A stretch of 63,179 nucleotides of DNA, filler included, from Sphacelaria rigidula (GCA_964200075.2; 7 parts of 7 records of this genome joined end to end with filler, not necessarily neighbours in it), one strand, 5' to 3'; shown: positions 1 through 13,094, numbered from the whole stretch's first letter. Numbers and translations: made by a program. The notes: generated by a model from the sequence alone, not told the origin.

Positions 1-1291
1 TCTCGGCTAGGGGGATCTTCGGTCCATCCTTTCTGAACCGAAGGAAGCTCTCCTTCCTGCCGGAATCCACGAATTCTCCTCCGTCACGCCGAATCGTTCC
101 GGTACTCAGCAGCCGGCAAGGTAATCCAGGGACCCAAAGTACGTCCTTCAGTGTGACCTTTGCCGGAGCCACCTTGCCTCGAGCACCTACGTGCAACGAC
201 ATCTCTCCCATTGCCAGTGCCTGCAGTTGTCCCTTGTTCCCAAATGTACAGCTTCGATTGACCGTACGTGTATTTCTGAGATCCTGTTTTCAGGGAGTCA
301 TGTGGATATTCGCTCCCGAGTCGCGGAGAATCGACTCCTCTGTGTCACTGTTGGTCGACATGCACATGGATACTACTCGCTCATCTTCGACTACCACGTT
401 CATCGTCATGAATGCCTGCGGTCTGCCCTTCCTCCCATTACTTCTGTCATTTTGTGGAGGGGGTGGGAACGTTCGTGCCGGGCTCATCCCCGGCGGTCGT
501 TTAGCTGGAGGTTTACCGTTAAGGTAGAAGCGACACTCCCGCCACCAATGATTTCGCTTCAAACAGTAGGCGCATTGATTTCTATCGAGCCCCGAGTCGG
601 TTTTGTTGCCGTGGGTTCTCAATTGGAACGCTATTGCCTCGTCACGGCGTTCCATGTCAGACGTTAGATATGCTGATGATGCTACGACTGCCCGTTTTAG
701 CTCATCGCACGTCATACCTGGCTGGGTTGTTAGCTGGATGAATACTTGTGGAAGCGCTTCCTTAATCCCGAGTAAAAGGGCTGCCCTTTCAGTCTCGTCG
801 GCTTTGGCGTTTCCCAGCGCTTTGAATTCTCCCTAGATGGTGTCCAGCTTCACCATGAAATCTGCTGATTCTTCTGCAGAATTGCATGGGAGATCCCGCA
901 GTCTTCGTTCCAATATAAGTAGTTGCACAGGCCGCTCGTCCTGTGCACGTCCTCCGTGAATGCGTTCCATCTCCAGCCAGGCTTCCCTGCCGTCAGGGTT
1001 GCCGCCGTACTCGCATCGCGCGACGATGGCTGCGGCTGACCCTTTCGTAGCCTGTGCCAGGAGGAACCATAGGGACTGTGTATCACGTTGGTGCGTTTCG
1101 TACGCCCTACGCTGATCAAGTGTCGTCGTGGCTGTCGGAACGGCCGGTGTGGTGTAATCCGGTCGCAGCAGGGGGTATAGTCCCTTCCCCCCTGCGTATC
1201 CAACGATTGAAAGTCTCCATGCGTCCCATGTTTCTCGCGAGTGCCCACGAGCGCCCGTCCAGACTGGCAACTTGCGTGGGTCTGCCTCCAT
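1..1291 (-). pseudogene. copia gag-pol polyprotein remnant with in-frame stops
   Basis: ORFs 833-1291 and 290-715 and the sequence below 290 share one frame, broken by TAG at 833-835 and TGA at 290-292. Confidence 0.85.
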
Positions 1292-1483
1292 ACTCCTCGA
1301 GGCTCACGAACCTGTGCACTTGTGAGGTGTTGTTTGGTGTGGCCGTGGCGCGCTTCCTCGCAGTGCACCGTTTTGTAGCGGAGCAAGGCAACTTTCACGA
1401 GAGAGCTTGATGGGTTGAGCAGACTACGTACCCGAGTGGGACGCTGCATCGCCGTGCTTCTCGTTTTTCATTCAGACGTCACC

Positions 1484-1703
1484 TGCTGGTGTACAGCTCT
1501 ATGAATCCCAGCCATAAACCCCAACTCAGTTACTGTAGAGCTTATAATATAGAGCCGCGGAGCCGTTCTGGCTAGACTGAACACTGGCTACACTGCTGGT
1601 TCCCGGACCGTCCCTGTCGGTACTTTGTACTGAACCGCACTGACTCCCACCAGGCTGGTTGACTATCTGCCCGAGAATCTACGTATGAGATCTATGTCCA
1701 ACA
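1484..1703 (-). repeat. putative 5' LTR of the copia element (~220 bp)
   Basis: The minus strand begins TGTTGG and ends CCAGCA (imperfect terminal inverted repeat), contains TATATTATAA, and lies just upstream of gag. No second LTR is present to confirm it. Confidence 0.6.
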
Positions 1704-3557
1704 CATAATCTGCACAGTGGGCAGGCAAGCTGCTTCGCTCGCGCTTATTTTTCTGCTGTTTTTCTCATCTTGATAAGACGGTATGATGGTTGTCACGAAG
1801 AACCCAGCCGGCCATTCATATATCTGACCGCGCAGTAATCTCCGAACGAATACGGTAGCATTCAATATTATCGATATTCACAATTGGATCGCCCCTCAAT
1901 CCCCTCAAAAGGTGGGTTGCTCAAAGCTTACTAAGTACAGGAGTACCTCGTCTTGTTTGCTTTGTCTCCCTGTCGCTTTACTATCACTATGTGGATCTCT
2001 ACTATTGCTGCAGTTGTTTTGTACATTGCGAGAGCCCTGCAGGGCGAGCTGCCTCGACATCCTTACGCGCTCGCACCATTCTGCCGAGTGAGTGGTGGAA
2101 GGGTTCAGCCACTGTGTCCCGTGCTTTGACAATTTACTGCGCCGTTTGACTTGTGTTCCGCAATTTGGTAGTTTGTTAGTACCATTGTGTGCACACACCG
2201 CACGACCACATTGATTGCGCAGCGTGTCGATCACCCCGCCGAGATCTCGTTTGTGCGGGATGAGCAACACCGACGGCTGGGTCTCCAATATCAGGCCGGT
2301 AAAAAGAGGTAAAGAGAAGCGTTCGAGTAGTTCTTTGCCATTTGATTTTGCCTCGCGTGGTGGGTTGGACGGTGACTGTGGTAGACCGACGGCGGCTTGA
2401 CGTGGGTGCACTTTCCACAAACGTGGTGCCAAGTTGGACAAAAAGGGGGTGTAATATGAACATGAGTGGTGGCGGGTGTGTACCGACTCCATTATCGGAC
2501 GAAATGAAGTGTATTGCGAGGCTCTTATGCCCCGCGGTGCTGTGTGACCCTAAATCGCGGTTTTGCTTTCTGCGAAAGTTGGTGTGCATGCTCTGTGCAT
2601 GGCCCGTGGGCGTGTCGCCTTCACGTAAGGATTGATCGTTGGGTTGTTTGGGTCCAGCACGTGCAGCTCCTACTTTCGCATTCACCCCCACCCTCTTTTT
2701 GGCTGAAGAGCGGGCGGGCGTACCCGCTTGTGTCTGTTGCCCATTACACCATTTCACACGACGTTCACTAATGAAGAGGCGAGGCTCACTCCGATAGTCT
2801 CGCTACGATTTTCACTAGAGGAAGTCGGTGACGTTTGTACCAATTCACCTGCACGTCCGTGTATTTTCGCGAATCTCAATATCCTCGATGCTGCCACAAC
2901 CACAGCTTCAACCCGTGCCCGAGCGATGTTATGCGTGCCGCTTTCTAGTGATTCATTGGTTGTGGAGCAACACCTTACTATCATCAAATTCGTCCCGCAA
3001 CGCAACCAACGGCTATCGCGGCGTAGGATACCTTTGACGGCCAATGTGGTTGGTGCTCCCGAGGGGTGAGCCATGCCCGGTAGGGTAGTCGAACACGCTT
3101 GTTCGCAACAAGCGAAATGTCCAAACCATTCCCCCCGCGAATGTCTGCCGATGTCATGGAATACTTGTTGACCGTTGCACTTCCCGGTTTGGTCCTCTTC
3201 GAAGCACGGCCCAGAGGAATTCCGACCCCGTTCTCCAAAAGCCGGAGAGACACACCACGTACATAATCCAACAACATTGTGGCGCGCCCAGCTTTTGCAC
3301 AGCCCACCAAAAAACAGGTAAATGCAAAGAGCTAGGTCTTCCTACCCAAACACCGAGCGGACCGCGCCTGAGCCTGCGTATAAGATCATTCGCCCGGAAC
3401 TCTCTTTGTTAACGCATAGGGTTCTCAGTCGCCGTTGTAATGCTGCAAACAAAAGTCGAGCGACCTCGATCTCAGCACAGTCTATCCGCAGTCCTATGCA
3501 TCTCTGGCCAACGCCATTATAACCTGGTCACTCCCAGTAAGTCTCCAACCCCACGTT

Positions 3558-3848
3558 TCACCGATCTTCAATTGCTGGGCGCTTCGCGCCCGCTAACTTC
3601 TCCGAGTAACAATGATCGGGGTCATCATTGATCGTCGGCAATATTGCTGCTGATGGGACGGTGACAGCTTCTCGCCGCCTGGAGCGGAAAAATCCTTGCA
3701 ATAGCAACGCACATTGGTCCGCCAGTACGCCTCCTTGAACTTGAAGGTCGTGGAACGCGTGCTTGTGAGAGCGAAGGTCCACCCAACCACCGCAGGCGCC
3801 CAGGTTAGGGTTCGGGGCGCCGTAGACAATTCGATCCACCCGAAACAG
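3558..3848 (-). CDS. tadA: tRNA adenosine(34) deaminase, bacterial TadA-like; last exon
   Basis: After acceptor cccag the exon reads LFRVDRIVYGAPNPNLGACGGWVDL..HAFHDLQVQGGVLADQCALLLQGFFRSRR, matching the TadA C-terminal half. It joins exon 8670-8762 in phase 0. Confidence 0.88.
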   Translation of the reverse strand: MFRVDRIVYGAPNPNLGACGGWVDLRSHKHAFHDLQVQGGVLADQCALLLQGFFRSRRREAVTVPSAAILPTINDDPDHCYSEKLAGAKRPAIEDR

Positions 3849-4879
3849 CTGGGATATTGACGCGAGAACATTGGTGTGTAGAGAACAAGTGGAAGTGTAG
3901 TACGGGGTTGAGGTAACGGACGACTGAAACAAATGGGTGATAGGTCAGCGGAGATTGGCGTGGGGGATCTTGGAACATAACGCCTGAAGTACTGGTGCCT
4001 TCATCCCTGCGCGCACTCGAAGATTGTGTGCGTGCAGCGACGTGTTTTGCATTTCTTCGCGGTTTCTTGGTATACGTAATTGACTCGAAACGGCGCCGGC
4101 ATTATTGATGGCGGGTCAGCACGCGTCTGTTGCAACGTTGTCACTGGGTTCGTCCTCCTCTTGCGCAATTGTACCACTCCGTTGTCGTGGCTGAGAGGAC
4201 TTGAGTTCGACAAGGTTGTCCTCACGAAAATCTTCCCGCGGAGGATTCGAGAAACGGGCGTACTACAGTAGTGGGCTGTCTAACTATTCATTTTGTGGCA
4301 TTTTGTGATTTTTTCGTAGTTGGCGATTTTCTCGACCTCTTTCGCTTGCCACCGCTTGTCACTTCGGGGTTCTGAAGATATTTGTATCCGCTTCACATTC
4401 CAAGAAGAAAAAATCATATGTACTCAATATTGAGTGACTTACGGGCTGTTCGGTCATCAGGTCCTTGCTACGTTTCAGCCCAGATTCTTCCTCTTCTGCA
4501 TTTTCGGTTGATCGAGCCCGTCCTGATCATATTTGTGAAGAAATGTACAGTTTCACTTTTTTAAAATTCTGCCTACTCATTGCACTAGGGCCGAAAAACT
4601 GTGTTTCACGGTCAATAATACCCTCCTGATGAACGGGGTATTTACTCGTTTGGCCCGATAACACCAACATACACTGACTTGGGCACTGTGTGTCGAGGAT
4701 GATATGTTGTGTTGTACCGAAATCTACCGACGCTAGCAATTTCGACTTCTATCGAAGAGTAGTACGCGAGGAAAACCCCAAAACACCCCAAAATACTTAG
4801 ACCGCCCACTACTCTATTATAAAACGCGAGCACAACACGCCCCCAACACTAAGGCCTTCCACGACTCCTCAAAACATTT

Positions 4880-6253
4880 CACACGTTGGACGGATCACTT
4901 TCTATAGGACGCGGGTCATACAGCTCAAGTGTGAACACACATGTTTACCCGATTCGGGCGATACAGCCCAACTAGTTATGGAGCGGTCCTCGTGATCCGG
5001 ATCTCATCGATCAAGTGGGAGGTATCTTGTACGGGTTATAAGGATACACAGATTCTTCTTGGCGTTTTGTGTACACCTGACTCGGATTACATAGGTGTGC
5101 CCAAGGAGATCATGTACGGATACTTGGGTCATACAGATCATCAGACAGACATGTACGGATTGCACGGGTCATACAGGCCATCACGGGACAGATATGCAGG
5201 AATCACACGGGTTGGCAACTGAGGATTACTAAATACTGTTTATTGTACACTTGATTCGGATGCGCCGACAGTGCACATCTTCAGAAAAATATCTGCAGCC
5301 CTACCATGGAACCACCCGAAATAAAATATACGTACTTCATGTTCCATATGCCTGGGTTGCTACAGCCAACATACGGACTCGTAAACATGCACATTGCACC
5401 AGGGCCAGGTTATAAGGTGAGGATTACTGAATACTGTTTATTGTATACTTCACTCGGATACGCCGACAGTGCACATCGTTGGAAAAAATATGCAGCCCTA
5501 CCATGGAACCACTCGGAATGAAATATGCGTACTTCATGTTCCATATGCCCGGGTTGCTACAGCCAACATACCGACTTGTGAACATGCTCATTGTACCCGC
5601 GCCATACGGGTTAGCAGGTGAGGATTACTGAATACTGTTTATTATATACTTTATTCGGATGCGCCGACAGTGCACATCTTCGGAGAAAATATGCAGCCCT
5701 ACCGTGGAAACACTCGGAATAAAATATACGTACTTCGTGTCCCATATGCCCGGGTTGCTATAGCCAACGTCCGGACTTGTAAACATGCGTTGTACCCGGG
5801 CCATACACGTTAATAGGTGAGGGAGCTGAATACTGTTTTCTTGAATACTTGATCTGGATCTTGCATACTTGATCCGGATCTTACGGGTGCGGGAAAGGGT
5901 TTCTTGTACACTAGATTCGGATTCCACAGGTAAGGGGTAGCTTTTGGTGTACATGAGGTTCGAATCGCACGGGGCGATGACAAGCGACTGCGCTTGCCTG
6001 ACCCGAGTAATATAAATGACAATGATGTGATGTTGTATAGATGACACGGGTCTGCAGATCAGTTGTACACGACATTGTGTGTGTGAACCGGGTCGTACAG
6101 CTCGCCGCTCGGCAAGCATGTACGGGTCAAGCGGGTCCTACGGATCAGCATCGGAGAAACGTGTACGGGTGACAGCTCACCTCGGACGGATCATGATCTA
6201 TGCCCCGAATGAGCTGACCCAGATCTGTCACGAGCTGATCCGTCCGACGTGTG
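4880..6253. mobile_element. non-autonomous TIR DNA transposon (CACACG...CGTGTG termini) inside the tadA intron
   Basis: CACACGTTGGACGGATCA at 4880 and TGATCCGTCCGACGTGTG ending at 6253. Flanks aaacattt / aaacactc match at 6 of 8 positions. Confidence 0.75.
5220..5835. repeat. tandem repeat, ~200-bp unit, 3 copies plus the start of a 4th
   Basis: TGAGGATTACT(A/G)AATACTGTTT recurs at ~5220, 5418 and 5619, and in degenerate form at 5818. Confidence 0.92.
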
Positions 6254-7135
6254 AAACACTCTCGTTCCGGCATCGTCGGTGAATGATTATCTACACGTCC
6301 GCTGTAAGAACTAGGGTACGTTGACTCAGCTGCCACGCCTGAAGACAGAAGATCATCAACATTGGAACAACGGCGTTGTGCATTTTGGTCACGTCGTGCA
6401 AGTCACCTCCATACATGTCCAGGTACAGTTTGTTTGTTCTTTACTCCGGCAAGGCAGCACCCCCCACGCGGAACCTCATATCGGATGGAAACTCTCGCCA
6501 GGGTGCTTTTGTGAGTCAGACGTCTGCATCTGTCCAAGCACGGGTGAAGTGCTCAAAAAGGCCTAAAACCGTAATCTCGGACAAAAAGAAGACGATTATT
6601 TGTTTTTTCGTCACTTTTTTCGACAACGACAACGAGTGGACCCGTCGCAGGGTCGTCTCGGCGAGAAGCCTGTGAGTAGAGCTTTCTATCAATACCTTGC
6701 CCATGAAGTGAATCGCTGCCCCACACGGTCGAAAACAACAAAACAAGAACAGGGCCCGACGCTTGTCGCTTGTTTGTGGCTATCATCCATTACCTTTGTA
6801 CAGGCTTGTTCTCGCTTTCGACCGAATACTCCTTCATCCGCAAGTGTCCACGCTGATTCTTGAGTTAGACTCTGAAAATATACACATACACACTATGAGG
6901 CGTTTTGGAACTTTTCAGCAACGATGCCTTTTGTTCGTCTATTTTTCGCCGGTTGTCGGGGGTCCCAGGGTCCTGGGGGATGTAACAGGCCGTAGTTCGA
7001 ACCTCGGAAATCAGCGAAAAACGCCAGTAAAAGACGTTCCTCGAAAGTGTCGAAATGCCTCATAATATATGTGTGCAAGTTTTCGGAATCTGACTCCAAG
7101 AATCGGCGTGAACATTTGAACTTTAGCGCGATAAC

Positions 7136-7388
7136 GACTCATGCTGTGGCAGGGGGGGGGGGGGATTTTGGGCCATTTTTTCCACAAAATTCTACCTGTA
7201 ATCGTCGTTGATAGCAGCAACGGTTGTGCTAACGCGCTTGGTTCCGATAAATAATGCCTATTCTTACTGCTTGACACCGCCTTTACCCAAATACAAGCGC
7301 ACCGCGAGTGTGTTAGGTCGTCTGAAGCACCTATGAGCCCATTTGTTCGTGGAATCGTACACCCCCCCCCCCTGTCGTAGCATGACTC
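7136..7388. mobile_element. MITE (~250 bp), copy 1
   Basis: Terminal inverted repeats GACTCATGCTGTGGCAGGGG / CCCCTGTCGTAGCATGACTC. The interior is homologous to 29397-29658. Confidence 0.7.
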
Positions 7389-8654
7389 TAAAGTGGGCAT
7401 GAAAGGTACGAACTCACCAACACTTCGTTTCAGTATCGAAACGACCTTTTCGGGTATGTTTGACGGTAAAACGACCTCATGGCATCGGTTTTGTAAGTCA
7501 CGCGACGACACATCGTACACATGTGCCTTGGACTATCCCGGGGCGCATAATTCATATCGTTTTTATTCTTAGGCAATCAATACCGGCTTCCGGGGGTCTT
7601 CAAGCAGGGACAACCGGAAGCCGGGAAAGGGCGGAGAACCCTCGAGGTATTATCAGTCATTTTTTGCTTTGGAGCATCAATACCAACCGAACAACCCAGT
7701 GTGAGAGCGGTCGGAGCTTTTTTTTCCACCAGAGATATAAGGAAAACCGTCGGGGGCCTATCTGGGTCACTGGTGCATATCAGATCTGGAAACCCGACGA
7801 CGCCAGAACTATACATCGCCGAAGTACCACGGTTTTGAATGTATTTCGATCCCACGGACACCATTCTCAATCATGTTTTTCCCGTTAGGTTCCCGAGCTG
7901 ATGGCGGCTATGACAATGTGAAGCATGTAGAGATTGGACAGGAACTGTGGTGGGAATTCGTGTTATTAATTTCAGAACAATTTCGAGGCCGCTGATTGAT
8001 CGAGGTACCCTTTCGCCGTGAGCGCTGGCAGTACGATCTTGAACCAAAATCCGGCTTTGTAATCCTCTTCAGTTATCCAAGGCGGTCAGTATTATTCCAT
8101 GCATGCGACAGTTAGGGCAGGCATCGCGGAAGGCATGTGCGGATGAGTTTTGGTTCGAAAAATAGCGTGACCCAGGCTGTATGTCCTATACAAATGTAAC
8201 TCCTGCTATAGAGCCGGCACAATGCCCTTAGCACGCATGTTGGGCGATGACATCTTGGCCCAATGCACATGGAAAACACATGCTAAGATACACAAAGCAA
8301 ACTACTGGGTTCTGAATCCGGCTGCCAATGCGTCTACAACGCTGCTGGGCACGCGGTGTACGGAGCTCGAAACGCGCACCGGGCTTTCTCTGACCCGCGG
8401 CAAGCTCGAAGTTAAAAACTTTGCGAATCTTGCAATAAACAGTCCTGTTGAAATTATCTTTCGGGCGAAGATCACGTACATGCGCTCCTTCCGGGAAAAA
8501 CTCTCAAATGATCAGTTACAGGGGGGGGTATACGTTTTTTTCAGAGAAATGATTTCCGTCACCATATACGCACGGCACAAGCCTTGCGAGGAATTGGGGG
8601 GAAAGTAACACTACCGGAAATCATGGTGGATGATATACGCACGAGGATAAACTA

Positions 8655-8807
<153 letters not shown>

Positions 8808-8941
8808 TCAGCTTTTTTTCATTCCTCGGGACGAGTCCGTAGTCGCAAGGGATGAACTAATCTCATCTCCCGGTAAATTTGAGCATATGCTGTAAAGTGG
8901 CTAGAACGCCCACACCCCCCCCCCCCCCAACAGTGGAAAAA

Positions 8942-9041
8942 NNNNNNNNNNNNNNNNNNNNNNNNNNNNNNNNNNNNNNNNNNNNTTAATTAATTAANNN
9001 NNNNNNNNNNNNNNNNNNNNNNNNNNNNNNNNNNNNNNNNN
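8942..9041. other. artificial contig spacer N44-TTAATTAATTAA-N44
   Basis: Identical 100-nt spacers also occur at 17983-18082, 27023-27122, 36063-36162, 45102-45201 and 54141-54240. The 12-mer places stops in all six frames. Confidence 0.98.
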
Positions 9042-10504
9042 TTCGCCGCAAAAGGGATGCGCGGTCAAGGGGCGAATGACTTGAGGCAAGCAACAGTTCA
9101 GTATGCCCCTCACCCCCCCCCCCCCCCCGCCGCCGCTCTCTGTGACGTAGCTATTTTTTTTGGCTCTTCTCTTGGCTCCTTTCCATATCCTTCTTTTCCT
9201 CTGGTTGCCCTTTGCGTATGTAGGTTATGTGTGTGTGCTCTGTAGATATGTGTATCATCACCATCGTTTTGTGATCCCATGGTTGCTTTCCATCGTATGC
9301 CACTACTTGTGTGGTTTATTCCCACCCATTTATTGCGCTGGAGCCGAAAAATTGTGTCTTTTGGACCAATGATGGTAGACAACACCCCCTGATGAACGGA
9401 ATACCTACCCCGTATCACCCCGACAACACCAATGGGGGGTTATGTTATAAGCACGACCTACTTCTGTTGCCGTTATTTATATACGCTTGGACTTGAAAGC
9501 GCCGAGAACGGATATTACACGAGAAAATTCAGAGAAGTACCAAGGGCAGGTGGAGTAGGATGTATTCAATTGCGGGGTATTTTGAAAGTCGTACTTGACT
9601 GTACAGTACACAATTTGGAGGAGGGTTTCAGGTGTTCCTTTCCAGTGATTTTATGGGTACGACTCCCAACACCCTACCCCAATTTGAATACTTGAGGTAC
9701 GACTATCAAATAACCCGCATTTGAGTATGCCCTACTGGACCTGCCCCTGAAAGGTACCCAAAAACTAAAAATGCCCAACAGAGGTCTTCATGGCACAGGC
9801 GGAGGTGAACCGATGCCGATCACTCTCATGAGCGACATTAGGAACAATTGTATCATGTTTACCTATCCATTGTGCTTGAGCCCACAAGAAATGTGTTTCG
9901 GACCAGAAACGGTCAACAACACCCACCTGTCAATTCAGCTCGGAAGTCGTTCAATATTGAGCGCAGAGACGAGATTTATTTCTTTCGAAATGTGGAGCGA
10001 ATGCCTAGTATCTCCCGACTTCAAACATTGGGATCAACCGCTCGCTGGGATGAGCGGTGGCACGCGAAGAAACAAATGAAACTCGCCGACTACGAAAAAA
10101 TCACAAAAGTCTCCAATTTTAGATGAAAACTACTCTCTCCGGTTTATCCGATTTTCTCTGCGTTGACGTGGGGAGAGTATCGCCTACAGCTCACAACTGC
10201 AGTGGAGTACCCCCCCCACCAGGGGAGTCATATTGTGAGCGCGGACCTGAACAAGCGGGCTAATGCGATGGTTGAAAAAGAGGCAGAAGGACACCTCTAC
10301 CGGTACGATTGGGACGGTGCTCGGTCCCAAATTTCACCCAATCTCCACATGCATCACATCGTAGTAACGGTCATCGACTTGGGAATGTGACGAAAAAATC
10401 ATATTTTAAAACGGTTACTTCGGGGGTCGAATTATACCCGAAACCGTGATGTTTCGGTGATGTCGGGTGTCGGCGTCGTCTAATTTCCACTCATGATACG
10501 CACG

Positions 10505-11200
10505 AAAGACCCAGGGNNNNNNNNNNCCCAGGGAGCCTCGTGACGGTGTCCCTTACATCTGTTGCAGAAAAGCTCAGATCGCCCTCAAACTTGGCAATTC
10601 CGTAGGTATTGATGCTTCAAATGAAATCATTGTATTCATGACGATATTTCATGTTTTCTCCGTTCTCTACCGGCATCCGAGGGTCCCAGCATGAAGACCC
10701 CCGGAAGGCGGTACAGAATGCCCCGAAACAACAGTAATAAAACGATGCGTCCCCGGATAGTCCAAGGAACACATGTAGAAAGTTTGAGGGAGAAAGTCGA
10801 AAACCTCATACAGTTTGTCTTGCCTTGACGTGAAATTCACCCCAAAAGACGTTTCCATACTCAAACCAAGTAGTTAGGAGTTGCACGTTTCAAGCCCACG
10901 TCCTCCACAAACGCGCAAACCTTCGCGCCGTTATGTTATGAGGAGTGAGACCCTGAAACTTTGCGCCAATATGCTGTGTGTCATGACGCAACTTTCCATG
11001 GACGGGTTTTCCTTAATATACATGAGATTTTCACTGTTTTTCGGGTGTCCGACGGGATTCAAGTCGTTTTTAGAGGTAGTCTCCATTCTGGGACCCCGGA
11101 GAACCGGCACCACGGTTTTTTAACCACTTTTTCGCAAGGGATCTGTCGCCGCATAACTCAAGGAAGGGCCCCACGAAGGTTTGTCGCAAAAGTCGATTAA
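10505..11200 (+). repeat. dispersed repeat family A (~700 bp, non-coding)
   Basis: Colinear with 26282-26950 (cccagggagcctcgtgacggtgtcc... gttgcacgtttcaagcccacgtcct...). A diverged reverse copy lies around 7490-7720. Confidence 0.85.
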
Positions 11201-12984
11201 CTGATGCTTGAATTTTCATGTTCACGTCAAAGAAGGCCCAAAAACGCCGTTTTGGTACCAAAATCAAGTAGCTTTCGGCTTCACCGCGGGACGTCAAAGT
11301 TCATCGCACAAAAGCGAAAAACCTCATGCTCTTTTAAGGAGTTAGACTTTGAAAGTTTGTGCAACTGTGCTATGGGTAATTACGCAATTTTGGATGGACG
11401 AGTTTTGTTTCGGTTATTTTACCTTCCCCGTTTTACGGGGTCCGATTGGATCGATGTTTCCCCGAAAAAACTGGGACCCCCGAAAATCGGTGAAAAAGTC
11501 GAAAAGTCGAAAAACATTGACCTTCGAAAGTTTCGTATTGCCCCACAGACCATTTGTGCCAAATTTCAGGGTCCAACTCCTCAAAACGGCGTGTGGTTTG
11601 TCGATGAGTGTTTTTGGGGTGATAGGCCTGAACTAGCCTGTATACGAAAGCGCATGGGGCGTGTACTTGGTTGTGCGGTGAAGATCCCGTACTAGAACGT
11701 GTTTGAAACGAGATATCGAAAGGGAGCTCTGATACAGAGATCTTTGGGAGTCGAAAAGTCGGAATATGAAGGGTGTGCGCGGCGGTATAAGGGGTAAAGG
11801 TTGTAGCCCGCTCGCGGGTGCGGCCCACTTGATCACTGAGGGCCGTAGCACCAACCGCCCACCCCGCACATTTTTCATATCAACCTCCGATAACGTTGAT
11901 CATGGATGATGACGGAAGAGAACCAAGTACACATCCTATGCTCTCTTGCTATAACCCTTTGCTCCGCTCTCCTCTCCCCTCCTTAAAAAAAGCACTGTAA
12001 TAAAAACGGCACGACAATGCCACGAAGGCGCATCACCCTTGCCCTTGATGTTTTGTCTTTTTCAGTTTTAGGAGTAGACAGAAAAGGGTGTACCGCTACT
12101 ATTTTTGGCCGATAGCAGGTACACCAAACTTGCGGTTCGATAACGAGGAGTTGGTCCCGCCGTTTCTTGTCCCATATTGCACGGGCAATACAAGTACAAC
12201 AGCGAAAGGCATACGGTTGCTATCTTTGGCCAACCAGAGGTACACTAAATTTGCGCCACGATGACGGCGAGTTGGTCGTTATAGGCATACCACGGTACAA
12301 GACACGGTTGAGGGTGAACCTCTTTTGGTCCGGCCGTATAAACTGCAATGTTTGCATTACTGCCATATCGTGGTATGGTGCTGTTGTTGTCCTTGTTCGT
12401 CGGCATAATCTCCGTCTAACTGCCCGTTGGGTACACGGTGTCTCATCATGTTCAGTTATCAGGGGTAGGCAGCAGATACGAATTTGAGGCGGGTCAGAAC
12501 GTGTGCGGCAATCAGTCTATCATCGAAGGGGCACACACACTAACACTGAAGTATGATAATTTTTCATTGGGGAATAGCACACACCGAAGTATTACACATG
12601 TTACACTGGAGTTCCTGAAACACCCAAGTACGACACATGTACTCTGAAACTTGGCTCATTGTGGAGTGTGTCATCTTTACTCTGGAGAATGACACACCGT
12701 GCTTTTGAAGCTGTTTTTTGTTTCTTCTTTTATTGTGTCACATCTATAATGATTTCCCCAGGTCCTACTTGACTTTTTACTCGATTCCCCTTGTACCTTA
12801 TACTGGGTAATTAGCCTTTGACCACGGAAGACGTCCGTCCGCATGAGATATGTCGAAAGATACTGCGCAGGGATCTGAACGATTTTTGCTATGAAGATAA
12901 CAACAATGATGGCAACAATAACTACAGCAACACTGGAATATGACACACGCGAACACACGAAATTGGTCGTGCGACAACAAACAG

Positions 12985-13094
12985 GTACTTGGACGAGCTG
13001 TGCCACATGGATCACAACGGCATCATTCACCGGAACGTCAGGCATCAAAACTTGCTCATAACGAAGGACTCCCGAGTAAAGACGACGGACTTGG
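12985..13094 (+). pseudogene. degenerate protein kinase exon (subdomains VIa-VII)
   Basis: acag|...YLDELCHMDHNGIIHRNVRHQNLLITKDSRVKTTDLG|gtgaag aligns to the kinase pattern LHxxGIIHRDxKxxNLLxxxxxxVKxxDFG, with HRD changed to HRN and K to R. Confidence 0.65.

Larger units (their letters stand above)
1..1703 (-). mobile_element. Ty1/copia LTR retrotransposon, 5' part (LTR, gag, protease), truncated by the window start
   Basis: The minus-strand frame gives gag-like sequence, a zinc knuckle CAYCLKRNHWWREC (CX2CX4HX4C), a protease motif DSGANIHMTP and the copia-typical LKDVLWVPGL..LLS. An LTR-like segment lies upstream. Confidence 0.9.

Noticed and set aside
833-835. Programmed stop read-through in copia gag
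   Set aside because: The stop lies in mid-gag before the zinc knuckle, and a second stop follows the protease motif, which fits decay.
1905-3310. Overlapping 100-195-aa ORFs
   Set aside because: No recognisable motif or consistent exon structure. They could be a fast-evolving gene but cannot be supported here.
5220-5835. CRISPR-like array
   Set aside because: The whole ~200-bp unit repeats, with no unique spacers and no cas-like genes.
8986-8997. TTAATTAATTAA as a biological palindrome or piggyBac site
   Set aside because: It is centred in N runs and repeated identically six times, so it is an assembly linker.
10510-10533. cccaggg direct repeat as a target-site duplication
   Set aside because: It flanks a 10-N scaffolding gap. 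The homologous copy at 26282 has a single cccaggg, so this is an overlap artefact.
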